Positions 23,899-24,000 of a stretch of DNA of 24,000 nt are shown here, in pieces. The DNA is from Peterkaempfera griseoplana. Lineage in GTDB: Bacteria > Actinomycetota > Actinomycetes > Streptomycetales > Streptomycetaceae. Position 1 is the first letter of the stretch; the number at the start of each line of letters is the position of its first letter. The translations under genes were made by a program, and so were the position numbers. The stretch is taken from the NCBI RefSeq assembly GCF_001418575.1, contig NZ_LIQR01000222.1, forward strand, positions 2,554 through 26,553. The letters are read 5' to 3'. The notes below the pieces were generated by a model, which made no database searches, was not told the origin of the DNA, and worked only from the letters and a program-made list of their open reading frames with translations.

Positions 23899-24000
23899 TC
23901 AGGCGGTGAGGCGGTGGGCGTGGACGGCGCCGGCGGCGGCGGTGGAGGCGAGGAGGCGGGCGAGTTCGGGCGAGGCGGTGGCCAGGGCCGCGGTGCGGGT
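23899..24000 (-). CDS. 3' end of an unidentified minus-strand CDS running off the window
   Basis: An open frame runs from the window edge to the TGA (complement at 23899-23901) and encodes ...TRTAALATASPELARLLASTAAAGAVHAHRLTA. GC3 is very high, with only one A/T-ending sense codon among the 33. It may be another ferritin-like/DUF4439-type protein. Confidence 0.4.
   Translation of the reverse strand, partial: TRTAALATASPELARLLASTAAAGAVHAHRLTA

Noticed and set aside
1-24000. A search for CRISPR arrays, tRNA/rRNA genes, IS elements/transposases, integrases, long direct or inverted repeats and phage genes.
   Set aside because: None were recognised by eye. No repeat-spacer periodicity, no cloverleaf-like conserved tRNA boxes and no DDE or tyrosine-recombinase motifs appeared in any ORF translation. 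The window looks like core or conserved chromosome and not a mobile island.

Overview
This is a very GC-rich, Streptomyces-like actinomycete chromosomal segment with dense coding and no tRNA/rRNA genes, CRISPR arrays, transposases or large repeats that I could see. The layout, left to right, is as follows. (1) A partial HdeD-type membrane protein and an HATPase-type (anti-sigma-kinase-like) protein. (2) idi (type I IPP isomerase) on the minus strand. (3) An ~880 bp gap of extreme GC with no codon periodicity. (4) A tightly coupled seven-gene plus-strand operon: a long multi-domain CDP-alcohol phosphotransferase, a LicC/IPCT-like nucleotidyltransferase, an sn-glycerol-1-phosphate-dehydrogenase-like Fe-ADH, a second short CDP-alcohol phosphotransferase, a GT2 glycosyltransferase, and an ABC-2 permease with its ATPase. 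(5) A hopanoid operon: hpnC-hpnD-hpnE, polyprenyl synthase, shc, hpnG, hpnH. (6) ispG, set off by hairpins on both sides. (7) Two GNAT acetyltransferases, an APH(6)-like kinase (minus strand), a DUF4439-type ferritin-like protein (minus strand) and a partial minus-strand CDS. The most interesting candidate is the seven-gene operon embedded among isoprenoid genes. Its enzyme set predicts a CDP-polyol (possibly CDP-sn-1-glycerol) phosphodiester product that is glycosylated and exported, and this chemistry matches neither the TagD/TagF nor the LtaS teichoic-acid routes. Secondary observations are a probable non-canonical (CTG) start on the first gene, an Asp-to-His change in the catalytic motif of the second CDP-alcohol transferase, a sharp synonymous-codon island inside ispG, and a hopanoid cluster that stops at ispG and continues into housekeeping-type flanking genes. 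All functional calls come from motif recognition by eye. No database searches were run.
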